DNA of 64,000 bases from an uncultured delta proteobacterium. GTDB lineage: Bacteria; Desulfobacterota; Syntrophia; Syntrophales; Smithellaceae. A model generated the notes under the pieces. The model saw only the letters and a program-made list of their open reading frames with translations, did not search any database and was not told where the DNA came from. Location: NCBI GenBank assembly GCA_963753975.1, contig CAVWEH010000002.1, forward strand, positions 128,001-192,000, read 5' to 3'. The position numbers and the translations under genes were made by a program. How positions within the stretch are numbered: the stretch's first letter is position 1; the number at the start of each line of letters is the position of its first letter. Shown here in pieces: positions 63,966 through 64,000 of this stretch.

Positions 63966-64000
63966 GAACTTATAACTTTTTTTATCAATATATTTATTTC

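Overview
AT-rich bacterial chromosomal segment. Gene content and order (argS-SPOR-ffh-rpsP-khpA-rimM-trmD-SPOUT-rplS; thrS-infC-rpmI-rplT-pheST-ihfA-merR; PxxKW protein; many CoA-dependent acid catabolism genes) fit an anaerobic Desulfobacterota (Syntrophales/Smithella-like) organism; this assignment is inference. From left to right: a type IV minor-pilin/PilY1 cluster (pilY1 is broken by several indels), a translation cluster containing a 79-bp structured tandem repeat and a UDP-xylose gene pair, an accessory patch (about 17-30 kb) with duplication scars and an attC-like hairpin, a ~14.6-kb minus-strand operon behind a sigma-54 promoter, and tRNA-Val followed by the thrS...ihfA cluster, dtd and guaB. 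The operon is the most interesting element. It joins dicarboxylate beta-oxidation/glutaconyl-CoA enzymes and SucCD to a succinate dehydrogenase with one small anchor subunit and a Rieske/cytochrome b pair that has no cytochrome c partner. A sigma-54 activator, a divergent HMG-CoA-lyase-like enzyme and a fused CoA transferase lie on its upstream side. All annotations come from recognising motifs by eye; no database searches were run.
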